Of a stretch of DNA of 64,000 nt, positions 13,462 through 23,800 are shown one piece after another; the first letter of the stretch is position 1, and each line of letters opens with the position of its first letter. Under the pieces are notes generated by a model. The model did no database searches, was not told where the DNA came from, and worked only from the letters and a program-made list of their open reading frames with translations. The position numbers and the translations under genes are program-made. This stretch comes from Azolla caroliniana (Eukaryota; Plantae; Polypodiophyta), in NCBI GenBank assembly GCA_043228905.1, contig JBHGNT010000030.1:248001-312000 (forward strand), given 5' to 3'.

Positions 13462-16400
13462 TCATTCCTCACCCGTCGGTTCTTCCTCGTTTTCGGATCG
13501 TCCGTCACTGCTGACCAGGAGAGCCGGGTCTGGCTCGTCGTCGTGTCGCTTCTTGAACGCCTTGATCCGCTTCCCTGCAACCGGTATCGCCATTCTCGTG
13601 CCGTCGAGTTCCGCCAGGTGATATGTCCCGTTGTCATTGGCGCTCCGTACCACGTAAGGCCCGAACCACCTTCGTGCGAACTTCCGTGTAGCTCGGTGCT
13701 GGTTGTCGAGGCTGCTGTCGTAGACGAGCACCCAGTCACCTTCTTCGATTTTCTTCGGTCGGAGCCGGTGCGTTCGGTCGAACCTGGCTTTGTTCTTTTT
13801 CCTCGCCACCCGGAGCTTCTCCGCAGCCAGTTCCACGTCCTCCGGTCTCCGCTCGAGCTGTCGTATGCGCGCGGCCAACAACTCCTCCCGGCTCATCTCG
13901 TCCCTCCAGTCGACCGTTGCCCACGAGGAGATCGTCCGTTCCATCGGCATGATCGGCTTCTGGCCGAACATGAGCTCTGTCGGCATGTACCCGGTTACCG
14001 AACTGTGCGTGGTCCGGTCTGCCCACAAAGCATAAGGTAGCAGCCGCGGCCAGTCACCGACTCGGCCTCCGCATGCCCGAACCAACGCCTTGGCGATCGG
14101 TCCGTGTCCTCGCTCCACCTTTCCATTCGCCTCCGGATTGTACGCAGTGGTGAGCGAGAGCTTGACTCCCAGCCGGTCGAACAGCTCCGCGGCTTCTTCG
14201 GCGTCCAACTCCCCTCGGTCAGCCACGATCTTCCCGACGCACCCGTACCGGCATATCACGTCCTCGATTAGGAACCGGCATACGGCCGCGGTCGTTTTGT
14301 TCGGAAGGGCCCGGCCTTCCACCTGGTTCGTCAGATCCTCCCGCGCTAGGACCAGGTACCGCATCTGTCCTACTCCCATTGGCATCGTTACCAGATCTAC
14401 CATCCATTTGAAATGGATGGCCGGAGGGTACGTAGGGTGAAGCTCGTCTCGATGTCGGACTATGGAGTGCATCTGGCAGCTCTCGCAAGTTGTCACGAAC
14501 CGATGCACGTCCTGGTACTGCCCCGGCCACCAATACTTCCCCTTCAGTTTCTCAAACGTAGCCCATGTTCCACGGTGTCCAGCCCAAGGGCTGTCGTGGT
14601 AAGCCATCAGCAGCTCTTGCTGTTCTTCCTTCATCGCCACTACCCGGAGCGGAGCGCCGTCCCTCTTCTTCGGGTGCTTCCATAGATAGCCATCCCGGAG
14701 AAAGAACCGGTACGCTTTCTTCCGGATCCGGTTGGCCTCGTCCTTCGTCCATGACGCATCGGGCGTCATTGTCTTCAGAAACCCACCGATCTGCAGCCAC
14801 TCCCCGTCGTACTTGCTCGCGTCGAAGTCGTTAAGCGCCGGAGTGCTTGTTCCGTCGGTTGTTACATACGCAGTCTCGAAGAAGTCCACGCCGACCTCTT
14901 CGTCCTCCGAAATCATGCCGCCCTCGTCATCGAATCTCGCCCTTGAAAGCATGTCGGCCATGGCGTTGTCTTTCCCGGAAATGTGTCGTATTACCGGGTC
15001 TAGGGACTTGATGTACGCTATCCACCTGAGCATTGCCAGGTCCGGCGTCGCGCATCCGGAAACCATGCCGAGAATCGGCATGCAATCCGTCTCTATGATT
15101 ACCTCCGTCCCGATCAGATAGTCCTTGTCGGCCTTCACCGCCGAAACGATACCCCAGAGTTCGCGTTTAACCTGGGCGTATCCTCGCTGCCGTTCGCTGA
15201 GGACCTTCGCGCCGAATCGGATCGGAAACCGATTGCCGTCCTCGTCTTCTTGGTTGACGACCCACCCGATTCCGGTCGGACTCGTGTCAACCGTTATGTA
15301 CACTGGGGTGCCCTTCCTGTAGACGGCCTTTCGGAGCGCCGGTGCCGCCGAAAGAGCCTCCTTCAGCTTCCGGACCGACTCCGTGTGCTTGTCTAGCCAT
15401 TCGAATCTTTGCCCTTTCCTCAATAATCCGTATAGCGGCTCCGCAACATGGGCGTAATGCGGGATCCATATGTGGTAGAATGCGCATGCCCCCAGGAATC
15501 TTCGTACTTCCGTGACCGAGCTGCAGTCGGGCTTCATCGCGGAGATGGCTTCTACCTTTGCCGGAGACGGTTTCCGGCCATATGGCCCACATAAGTGTCC
15601 GACCACCATGATTTCCGACTGCCCGAAGGCTGATTTCTCCCCCGAGAAGGTGAGCCTCGCATCCTCTAGCCTTTGCAGCACCTTCTCGCAGTCGTCGATG
15701 TGCGCCATCACGAACCGCCGGCATCCGTCCGGCCCGACCGTCTCGTCCTTCTCTTCTACCGGGCATCCCTTGATCGGGATGTCGTCTAGAAACGGCATGG
15801 TGATGTCCGGGATGCAGTCCCTCAGCACCTTGTTCATTGCATTCACAATGTGGGCCACCGAGTTGGTCCCTCCTTGCGGCAGCGTACACATCCGCACTAG
15901 GCCGAGGGGGGTTCGCATCGTCGTAATGTCTCTGCTCTCCACGGCTAGCTGGAACTGGTCGTACCCTGAGTATAGATCACCGACCGAGTAAATCGACCTT
16001 CCGGCGAAGGCCTCCGCGAACTCGTCTATGGTCGGTCCGATCCCTGCGTTCCGAATGGTCACTCTGTTGACCGGCTGCAGGTCCTGAATGAAGCGCAATG
16101 ATCCGTTTTTCTTTGGTACGGTAAACCATCGGTTTGAATACGGGGCGCTCGATGGCTCGAGAATGCCCATATCAACTTTCTGCTTCAACAGCCCCATCAA
16201 CTTCGGGATGTGAGCTCTCGGAACCGGAATTGGCTTGAGATTCCACGGTACATGCGGTACTGTGAATATCACCATCGGTTCTACGATCGTCGGGTCTACG
16301 CACCCGATTTCCTCCGGTGAGAATGCGAAGGCTTTCCCGTGCCTTCCGAGCATTCTCCGGAACCGGTCTTCCTCCGCCGGCAGTAGGAACCCGCCCCCAC

Positions 16401-16944
16401 CGATCTTCAGCTCGCGGAGCGTCTCGTTGGTGAAGGTGTGTCCTATGCAGGCCCGATCTCGTAAGCTGGGGTCCGATGCAACCCCTTTAATCCGGGATTC
16501 ACTGCCCTCCGGTAAGGGCGCCGCAACTGGCCTCACCTTCCGGTCCACCGTCTTGTACTTGGTGCTCACTCGGGCCGTCCGTTCCGACTCGAGCCCTCGA
16601 CCGAAGTCCGCGATGACTTCGTACATTTCTTCGGAACATACCGGTATCGTCCGGTCTTCGTTAAGGTCTTCTTCGACTACCTTCCCCAGCATTCCCAAGG
16701 TGTCGTCGAAGGAGACTGCCTCCACGGCTCCGTTGATTCCTTCGTCAGGGCCGAGAACACCGCACGCCCGAAGTCTCCCCTCCGTCTTTGTTTTCTCTCG
16801 GCCAGTGATGCCGACCATCGTACATGCTCCGCTGTCGGAGAAGCAAAATTTCCTACCTATTGTACACGGCTTTATCGTACAGATGTGGGGTTTTTCCCGA
16901 GCATCCGGACTGTCGCGGCCCCACGCCTTGGCAGTCCTCTCTAA
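13462..16944 (-). CDS. pol: G4 Pol (RT-RNase H-integrase), predicted via -1 frameshift
   Basis: Frame is open from the slippery site to the stop at 13462. FLDD RT, VDTS RNase H, H..GH..C..C zinc finger, DDE core, GPY module, no chromodomain. Confidence 0.9.
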   Translation of the reverse strand, partial: LERTAKAWGRDSPDAREKPHICTIKPCTIGRKFCFSDSGACTMVGITGREKTKTEGRLRACGVLGPDEGINGAVEAVSFDDTLGMLGKVVEEDLNEDRTIPVCSEEMYEVIADFGRGLESERTARVSTKYKTVDRKVRPVAAPLPEGSESRIKGVASDPSLRDRACIGHTFTNETLRELKIGGGGFLLPAEEDRFRRMLGRHGKAFAFSPEEIGCVDPTIVEPMVIFTVPHVPWNLKPIPVPRAHIPKLMGLLKQKVDMGILEPSSAPYSNRWFTVPKKNGSLRFIQDLQPVNRVTIRNAGIGPTIDEFAEAFAGRSIYSVGDLYSGYDQFQLAVESRDITTMRTPLGLVRMCTLPQGGTNSVAHIVNAMNKVLRDCIPDITMPFLDDIPIKGCPVEEKDETVGPDGCRRFVMAHIDDCEKVLQRLEDARLTFSGEKSAFGQSEIMVVGHLCGPYGRKPSPAKVEAISAMKPDCSSVTEVRRFLGACAFYHIWIPHYAHVAEPLYGLLRKGQRFEWLDKHTESVRKLKEALSAAPALRKAVYRKGTPVYITVDTSPTGIGWVVNQEDEDGNRFPIRFGAKVLSERQRGYAQVKRELWGIVSAVKADKDYLIGTEVIIETDCMPILGMVSGCATPDLAMLRWIAYIKSLDPVIRHISGKDNAMADMLSRARFDDEGGMISEDEEVGVDFFETAYVTTDGTSTPALNDFDASKYDGEWLQIGGFLKTMTPDASWTKDEANRIRKKAYRFFLRDGYLWKHPKKRDGAPLRVVAMKEEQQELLMAYHDSPWAGHRGTWATFEKLKGKYWWPGQYQDVHRFVTTCESCQMHSIVRHRDELHPTYPPAIHFKWMVDLVTMPMGVGQMRYLVLAREDLTNQVEGRALPNKTTAAVCRFLIEDVICRYGCVGKIVADRGELDAEEAAELFDRLGVKLSLTTAYNPEANGKVERGHGPIAKALVRACGGRVGDWPRLLPYALWADRTTHSSVTGYMPTELMFGQKPIMPMERTISSWATVDWRDEMSREELLAARIRQLERRPEDVELAAEKLRVARKKNKARFDRTHRLRPKKIEEGDWVLVYDSSLDNQHRATRKFARRWFGPYVVRSANDNGTYHLAELDGTRMAIPVAGKRIKAFKKRHDDEPDPALLVSSDGRSENEEEPTGEE

Positions 16945-16950
16945 AAATCC
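16885..16950 (-). promoter_or_regulatory. Predicted -1 ribosomal frameshift signal (G GAU UUU + pseudoknot)
   Basis: Heptamer 16944-16950, 6-nt spacer, stems GGACUG/CAGUCC and GUGGGG/CCCCAC. Also present in G3 (26239-26245) and G1 (10957-10963). Confidence 0.8.
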
Positions 16951-19067
16951 TCTCGGGTTTCGGAACCGAGGGAATCGCGGTTACGTTCGTGGTTCGGCCT
17001 TACCGTCAGAAACTGGACCGAATGGCGCCCGTCTTGGCTTTTGACCCTCGCGTAGGCCGAACCGTTGTCCAGCACCTTGGTCTCCATCCGCGCCGCCGTG
17101 ATGTACGGCTCTCCCAGTATGACCGGATGCGAAGACGTCTCCTGCACGAAGAAGTGCTGGTCAATCTCGACGTCGCCGATCTTGACTCGCACATTCGGAC
17201 AGGCCCCGTGCAGCTCCTCGGTGGCGCGCGTTGCCGCCCTTATTTTCCACCCATGCTTGGTGTTGATCGGCCATTTGCCCTTCTTATAGAAGTCCATGGA
17301 CATCAAATTGATCTCCGATCCATGGTCCACCAAAGCTATCGCAGGTTCCTGGACATCGCCGATCTTCACCGGGGTTTCCGTGGTCGCTCGGGCCCAGTGT
17401 GGTCTCGAATAGTGGCTTTCCGCCCACTCGTCTCCCAGCGCCATGTCGTCTAGGTGCGTCGTCCGCACTTCCACCGGTCTTTCCGGTTCTGTCTCCGTTG
17501 ACAGCCTCTTCCGTTTCACCAAGTCCACGATGGAGTCGTGGAACTCCTTCTTGGCGATTCCCAGCACCTCTCGTAACGACAACTCCACCTTACTGTCGAG
17601 GATCCGCTCCTCCAGGACCTTTCGTAAGTCCGTGGTCCTTTCTATCTCCGTCCCCAGACGGTACCCGCCCTTCTGGGGTTTATCTTTCGTACCGGCCCCG
17701 CCGGCTTCGTCCCGTCGTGGCCCGGACCGGGTCTCGTATCGTTGTGAGGGCCCGGTCGTCCCGGGTCTCCCCACCCGCTTCTCTTCTACCAGAGCCTCGT
17801 AGTTCTGGCAAGCGGCTTCCACGAAGCCCGTCCTTTCCTCGACCGGGTCGCTCCACCCGGTCATCTCCCGTACCCGTTTCTCCGCACGGTCCGATTCCTC
17901 CCCTTTAAGCCTTGCACCGGCAAGGCCTTCCAGCATCGTCGGCCAGAATCCGGTTTTGCTTTCCCTTCGGGCCTCGCCGCCCCCGACTCGAATGCCGGCC
18001 GACGCCGAGTAGTGGACGGTTTCCGCGTGTCGGGCCGCCGCCTCTTCCATCAACCTTTTCATACCACCTCGCCCGTCGTTTCGGCTCAGGGCCCTTCGGG
18101 TGTCGCTGGCATGCACCCGTCCTTCCCACAGGTACACCACCCTGTTCCTCAGCGCCTCCGCGAAGTCGCCGCAGTCCTTCCGAATGTGGCCGACTTCATC
18201 GCACCACATGCACTTGTTTCCTGCCGCCGGCCGTCGGTCACGAGCCGGTTCGCCACCTTCCCTTCGGGCTTGCGCGATTTGGAGGTCCTTTACCGCCCTC
18301 GTCAATTCCTCCAGCGCCCCTCCTCCGGTTGAGCCTCTGACTACGCCGGTCGAAGCCGAACCGGTTTCCAACCTCTCTCGGGTCTCTTCCTTTCGCACCT
18401 GTGGCGCTGGTTCGAACTTCCTTGCTGCGACCGAGCCCGACCCGGCTGCCCCGTTATCCGCCCATTCTCGCCGTTTGTCGAAACGGCCACAGACTTTCTT
18501 GACAGCCGCCCAGTCGGTAGTGAGCCCGTCTTCGGTTTCCAGCAAGAGGCCCACGTGCTCCCGATCCCGCTCGTCGACCGACTTGACAAACAGCAAGACC
18601 CGGCTCGTGTCCAGGATGGTTCGGTCGAGCGCCGAAAGGCGCGCAAAGTTTTCCTCGAACTCCCGGAGGAGTGCCGTCGCGTTTCTTCCCTTCCCCGGGG
18701 ACTCCACCCATTCCATGAACCTTCGCTTCGAAAGCCGGAGCGCGTCGTCCAGCCCGTATTTCTCTAGGAGCCGGCCTTCGAACTCCTCCCAGGTACGGCT
18801 CTCCGCCCGCACCTCGAGCACCTCCGCATGGATGCTCGGCATTGCCACTCGGGGAAATCCGGCAAGACGCCTTTCTTCCGGAATGTCCCGCATCAGCATC
18901 TCTGCACCGTAGGACGCCAGATACTTCGTGGCATCCCTCCCATCGAACCGGCCGATCGTGCCGACGACCGCCTCAATAGCTCTGTCGAGGGCACCGGTGC
19001 CCTCGCGCGCGTTTACAATCCGATCCACGGCCGAAGCCATGGCTTCTGCAAGATCCGACCCCCTCAT
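16941..19067 (-). CDS. gag: G4 Gag-protease (708 aa from first ATG)
   Basis: CMWCDEVGHIRKDC knuckle, ALVDHGSEINLM...VILGEPY aspartic protease. Confidence 0.92.
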   Translation of the reverse strand: MRGSDLAEAMASAVDRIVNAREGTGALDRAIEAVVGTIGRFDGRDATKYLASYGAEMLMRDIPEERRLAGFPRVAMPSIHAEVLEVRAESRTWEEFEGRLLEKYGLDDALRLSKRRFMEWVESPGKGRNATALLREFEENFARLSALDRTILDTSRVLLFVKSVDERDREHVGLLLETEDGLTTDWAAVKKVCGRFDKRREWADNGAAGSGSVAARKFEPAPQVRKEETRERLETGSASTGVVRGSTGGGALEELTRAVKDLQIAQARREGGEPARDRRPAAGNKCMWCDEVGHIRKDCGDFAEALRNRVVYLWEGRVHASDTRRALSRNDGRGGMKRLMEEAAARHAETVHYSASAGIRVGGGEARRESKTGFWPTMLEGLAGARLKGEESDRAEKRVREMTGWSDPVEERTGFVEAACQNYEALVEEKRVGRPGTTGPSQRYETRSGPRRDEAGGAGTKDKPQKGGYRLGTEIERTTDLRKVLEERILDSKVELSLREVLGIAKKEFHDSIVDLVKRKRLSTETEPERPVEVRTTHLDDMALGDEWAESHYSRPHWARATTETPVKIGDVQEPAIALVDHGSEINLMSMDFYKKGKWPINTKHGWKIRAATRATEELHGACPNVRVKIGDVEIDQHFFVQETSSHPVILGEPYITAARMETKVLDNGSAYARVKSQDGRHSVQFLTVRPNHERNRDSLGSETREDF

Positions 19068-19089
19068 CTTCTGCTCTTCTGCCGCCTCT

Positions 19090-19107
19090 TTCACGTCGGG
19101 TTCACCA
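19090..19107 (-). promoter_or_regulatory. Primer-binding site complementary to tRNA-Trp 3' end
   Basis: TGGTGAACCCGACGTGAA, identical at 28385-28402, 31143-31160 and 32042-32059. Matches the plant tRNA-Trp(CCA) end TTCACGTCGGGTTCACCA as I recall it. Confidence 0.85.
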
Positions 19108-20829
19108 AAGATGTCGAGATATTACGCAAGTGCGTGTGGAATCAAGGCGGGACCACGGGGGTCTCGAACCAAAGAGCAAGCGAGGGAGGAGAAAGAGAGG
19201 GAACCGGCTACGCAGGACCGGGGATACACAGGGACACGGCCCTTCAGCACGGAGAACGCGAACAGAGACCGACACAGACGGATGCGAATGACTTAATATG
19301 TATATTAAGAAAAATGGCTAACACTACTACAACCCTCGATGGGGCACAGGTTGGTTACAACCGAACAGGCCGGCGAACAGATGCCGATGCCTGCTCGCTT
19401 CGACGCACAAAACGGGGAAAAAGGGGGGGGGTAGCAGGTTGGAGGTGCTGCCGGAAGCACTCGGGCGTTCCTCGAAACAGCGCGAGCCTCCTCGGAACCC
19501 TGCACAGAAAGCTATGGAGCTCAAGAAGGAGGGAAACAGAGAGAGAGAAGCGTCCAGAAACGGTCCGACAGCACTTCGTCCTCTCCGCGCGATATCCCCT
19601 TGCAACAGCTCTTTCCTGCTCTTATATAGCCCGACGAGCAGGCCGTCCTGTCAGCTTTATTCCCTGTCCCTTTCGAACAGGGATCCGCTCCGTTCTTCAC
19701 GCATCCGCGTAGTTACGCCGCCGACTCGTGCCGTCCCTTAGCTCGCGCGCGCGACCGAAAAGACTGTTCGCGCGGTCTTTGTCTCCACTCGTGTTAGGGC
19801 CCGTTCCTGCCGAATATCCTCCTAACTCGCTTCTATGTTCGACTTGGAGCGTGCGCGCGTGAGGAACCGGTTCCCACGCCTTGGTCTGCCGATTCCGCTT
19901 ATGGACGGTTTTCTTCACGACAGCGTTGACAGCCGCACAAACCGTTTTTCGAACTCCTGGAGGAGCACCGACATGTTCCTCCCTTTTCCGGGGTTTTCCA
20001 CCCACGCCATGACGTCCCGCCTCGACAGCCGAAGCGAGTCGTCAAACCCGTTGTCGCGTTGTTACGCGCGTGCGTGTAGAAGGGGCGGGACCGCGGGGGT
20101 CTTGGACTAGGGAGTGGAGGAGAAAGAATAGGACATGATATGGAGGCTTAGCTCAAGAGGAGAAGAGGAAAGAATAAGACCACGACATCGAAGGAGGGAT
20201 CGGCGGAGGCAAGATGCTCAACAAGCTATATTAAAACAACGAATGGTTACAACAATGGTGGCCGCCATGGCCGCACCAAAATGACTATCCGAAAACCCTA
20301 AAGGGAAACCCCAGGAGAAACCCTAACCGAAACCCTAACCCTAAAACGAAATGGGAAGAGGGAGAACCCTAGACTAAGTGGTATACCTTACTCGCACAAA
20401 ATAGGCAACCCCTTCATAAGTGACCCCTCCCTTCCTTTTATAGCCCAAGGAGGGAGGGACCTTACAATGTGGGACAAAAATTTCCCCTCTCTTTCTATAC
20501 ACCATATCCTAGTATACATGTGCACATGTTGCACAACATCGACTTGCCCCTTCCACCCCGGTTTCCGCCTATGGACGAAAATCTTCACGACATCCACCCC
20601 CACCAAACCGCACATCCACGGGTATGTGCCAAGAAAGGAAAAGGGTGAGAGATTTCGTCCACGGTGATCAACCGGGTCTTTCGCCTTACCGGCACCCAAT
20701 CTTCTTGCCGGTCCCTTGCTGGCGCCGATCCGTCTTGCCGGCCCCGACCCGCCGACTCCATCCGATCCACCACGTCCACCGCGTTTCCCCGAACTGTCGG
20801 CTCCATCCGATCCGCCATGTCCGGCGCAT

Positions 20830-23800
20830 TCACCTTCTTCTTCGACCGGCCATCCCGGACACCGTTGCCGATCCGGTCTCCCTTCCTTCGCTCACCGCGC
20901 ATGTCCTCCGGTTAGACCCCCGATTACTTCGATTGCTTGTCGGGTGCCGCTCCTCGCGTATCGCGTGTGTTCCACCTCCGGCTCGACCTTCTCCTCGCCC
21001 CGAACACCTCGTACCGACTCCCTTCATTCTGCACTCGGCTTCCGTAGGCACTTCCCGTGCGTCGTTGTCGTCCATCGAATGCGTGCTCGTTCTTCGGTCC
21101 TTACGTGACCCCATTACGCGCTCCTCGCTTCTCCCTTGCTCGTCGTGCTCTCTTGCCGTAGAGCATACTGTCATCCCGACCACCATGTCAATGTCCTTCG
21201 CGACTCCCGTTACCGCTTCATCCCGACTCTCGTCCTCTTGGCCCGCTTGGCCTCGCATGCCTCCGGGGAAGCCGTGCTTCCTCTTCTCGGCGCGTAGCCC
21301 GTTGCTCTCCACGCACCTCCTCCGGTTCTCAAGACATAGCCTTCCATGCTCGCCGATCATCCTCATGCTTGTCGTTCGGCCCTTACGCGGCCACATCGCA
21401 CGTCTCGCACTCCGCTCCGCTCTGCGTACCCTTTCGAAAAGGTACGTTGCTTCCCCGACATCCGTGTCGGTGCTCTCGTCTTCGGTGTCCTCCGCAACCT
21501 CCGATGTTGCCGCTTCGCCCCGAGGTACACCCTCTTGGTCCGCCTGGCCTTGGATGCCCTCCGGGAAGCCGCCACGTTTTCTCTTCCCGGTGTGTACCCC
21601 GTTGTTCTCTGCGCATCCCCTCCGTTTTCCTAGACACAATCCTTCGTTCACGCCGATCACGCCCGTCTCATTTTGTTGATCTTGGCGTCTCGTTGCACCG
21701 CCCGTCGTCCCACACTTGCCTCTTGAAGGCTTTCCCCGACCGTCATCGTCGGTCACTCGTTGCGACTCTTCCGGGTGCATGCTTGCTTCTTGGCCCTTCG
21801 CCGACCGTAGTGCACGCTCCGTTCTACGCCGTAATGCATGGTTTGCGTTACACACTTCCCTCGTTGTAGTCCCGACCTCCGTGTCGGCCTCTTCGTATTT
21901 CGTTGCCGTAGCCCCTTTCGACTCCGGCTTGCCGTCTTGGCCGTGCCCGTTGTCGGGGTTGCTACGCCCTTGCGTGTAGAAAGGAGGAGGGACCACGGGG
22001 GTCTCGAACCGAAGAGCAAGAGAGAGAGGAGTAAGAGAGAGAGACCCGATTACACAGAACCGAAGATCCGATTGCGCAGAACCGACAATTGCACAGGGAC
22101 ACGGCCCAACAAACAGAGATCACAAATAAACGCCGACGCAGATGGACGCAACAACGAGAGATATGTACTTATGAATGCAAGAAAATAACAGACTAAAGCA
22201 TTACAACCCACAGTGGGGCACAAAAAAAAAATAGATACTAACGAAACGAACAGGGCGGCGAACAGCTGCCGACCCCTGTATGTCGCGACGCACAGAAAGG
22301 GAAAACAGGTCGGAGGTGCTGCAGGACGCACTCGGGGCGTTCCACGGAACCGCGCAGGCCTCCTCGAAACCTGCACAGGTACGCGATGGAGCAGAAGACA
22401 GAGAGAGAGCAGGAGTGAGAGAGAAGCTCCGAAATCGGTTCGGCAGCACTTCGTCCTCTCCGCGGGAGATACCCCCACTTCTATTCTTCCTCTTCCTTTT
22501 ATAGCCCGTCAAGGGGCCGTTTGGCATTAACTGCATACCAACCGAATCTTCCCACCTAGGATCCTCGTATGTACCTACTTCGTCCTTAGGTACTTCCTGG
22601 CGCGCGTGTGTGTGTAGAGCCGTTTCCCACGCCTTGTTCCTCCGATTCCTCTTGTGGGCGGTTTTCTTCACGACATCCGCCCCCACCTAACCGCGCATCC
22701 ACCGGCATGCGCCAAATTAAGTTGGCACGGAGAAAACCGGCCCGCCTCTACTCTTCGCCTGCCGGCCCTTCCTCGGCCTCGGATCGGTCGTCGCTGCTGT
22801 CCAGGAGAATCGGGTCGGGTTCGTCGTCGTGCCGCTTCTTGAAAGCTTTGATCCTCTTCCCGGCCACGGGTATCGCTATTCTCGTACCGTCGAGCTCCGC
22901 CAGATGATACGTCTCGTTGTCGTTGGCGCTCTGTACCGTGTACGGCCCGAACCATCTCCGTGCGAACTTCCGCGTTGCTCGGTGCTGGTTGTCGAGGCTG
23001 CTGTCGTAGACGAGCACCCAGTCACCTTCGTCGATTTTCTTCGGTCGTAGCCGGTGCGTTCGGTCGAACCGGGCTTTGTTCTTTGTCCTCGCCACCCGGA
23101 GCTTCTCCGCAGCCAGTGCCACGTCCTCCGGTCTCCGCTCGAGCTGTCGTATACGTGCGGCCAACAACTCCTCCCGGCTCATCTCGACCCTCCAGTCGAC
23201 CGTTGCCCACGAGGAGATCGTCCGTTCAATCGGCATGATCGGCTTCTGGCCGAACATGAGCTCCGTCGGCATGTACCCGGTTACCGAACTGTGCGTGGTC
23301 CGGTCTGCCCACAAAGCATAAGGTAGCAGCCGGGGCCAGTTACCGACTCGGCCTCCGCATGCCCGAATCAACGCCTTGACGATCGGTCCGTGTCCGCGCT
23401 CCACCTTTCCATTCGCCTCCGGATTGTACGCAGTGGTGAGCGAGAGCTTGACTCCAAGCCGGTCGAACAGCTCCGCGGCCTCTTCGGCGTCCAACTCCCC
23501 TCGGTCAGCCATGATCTTCCCGACGCACCCGTACCGGCATATCACGTCCTCGACTAGGAACCGACACACGGCCGCGGTCGTCTTGTTCTGAAGGGCTCGG
23601 CCTTCCACCTGGTTCGTCAGGTCTTCCCGCGCTAGGACCAGATACCGCATCTGTCCTACCCCCATCGGCATCGTCACCAGATCTACCATCCATTTGAAGT
23701 GGATAGTCGGAGGGTACGTGGGGTGAAGCCCGTCCCGGTGTCGGACTATCGAGTGCATCTGACAGCTCTCGCAAGTTGACACGAACCGATGCACGTCCCG

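Larger units (their letters stand above)
12580..19922 (-). mobile_element. Ty3/gypsy G4, full-length and apparently intact
   Basis: 811-bp LTRs at 12580-13390 and 19112-19922, 4-bp TSD GCGT, PBS 19090-19107, PPT at 13391-13407. Confidence 0.97.

Noticed and set aside
20293-20346. Chromosome-end or fusion remnant
   Set aside because: The motifs are spaced, imperfect and present in both LTRs, so they are part of the element.
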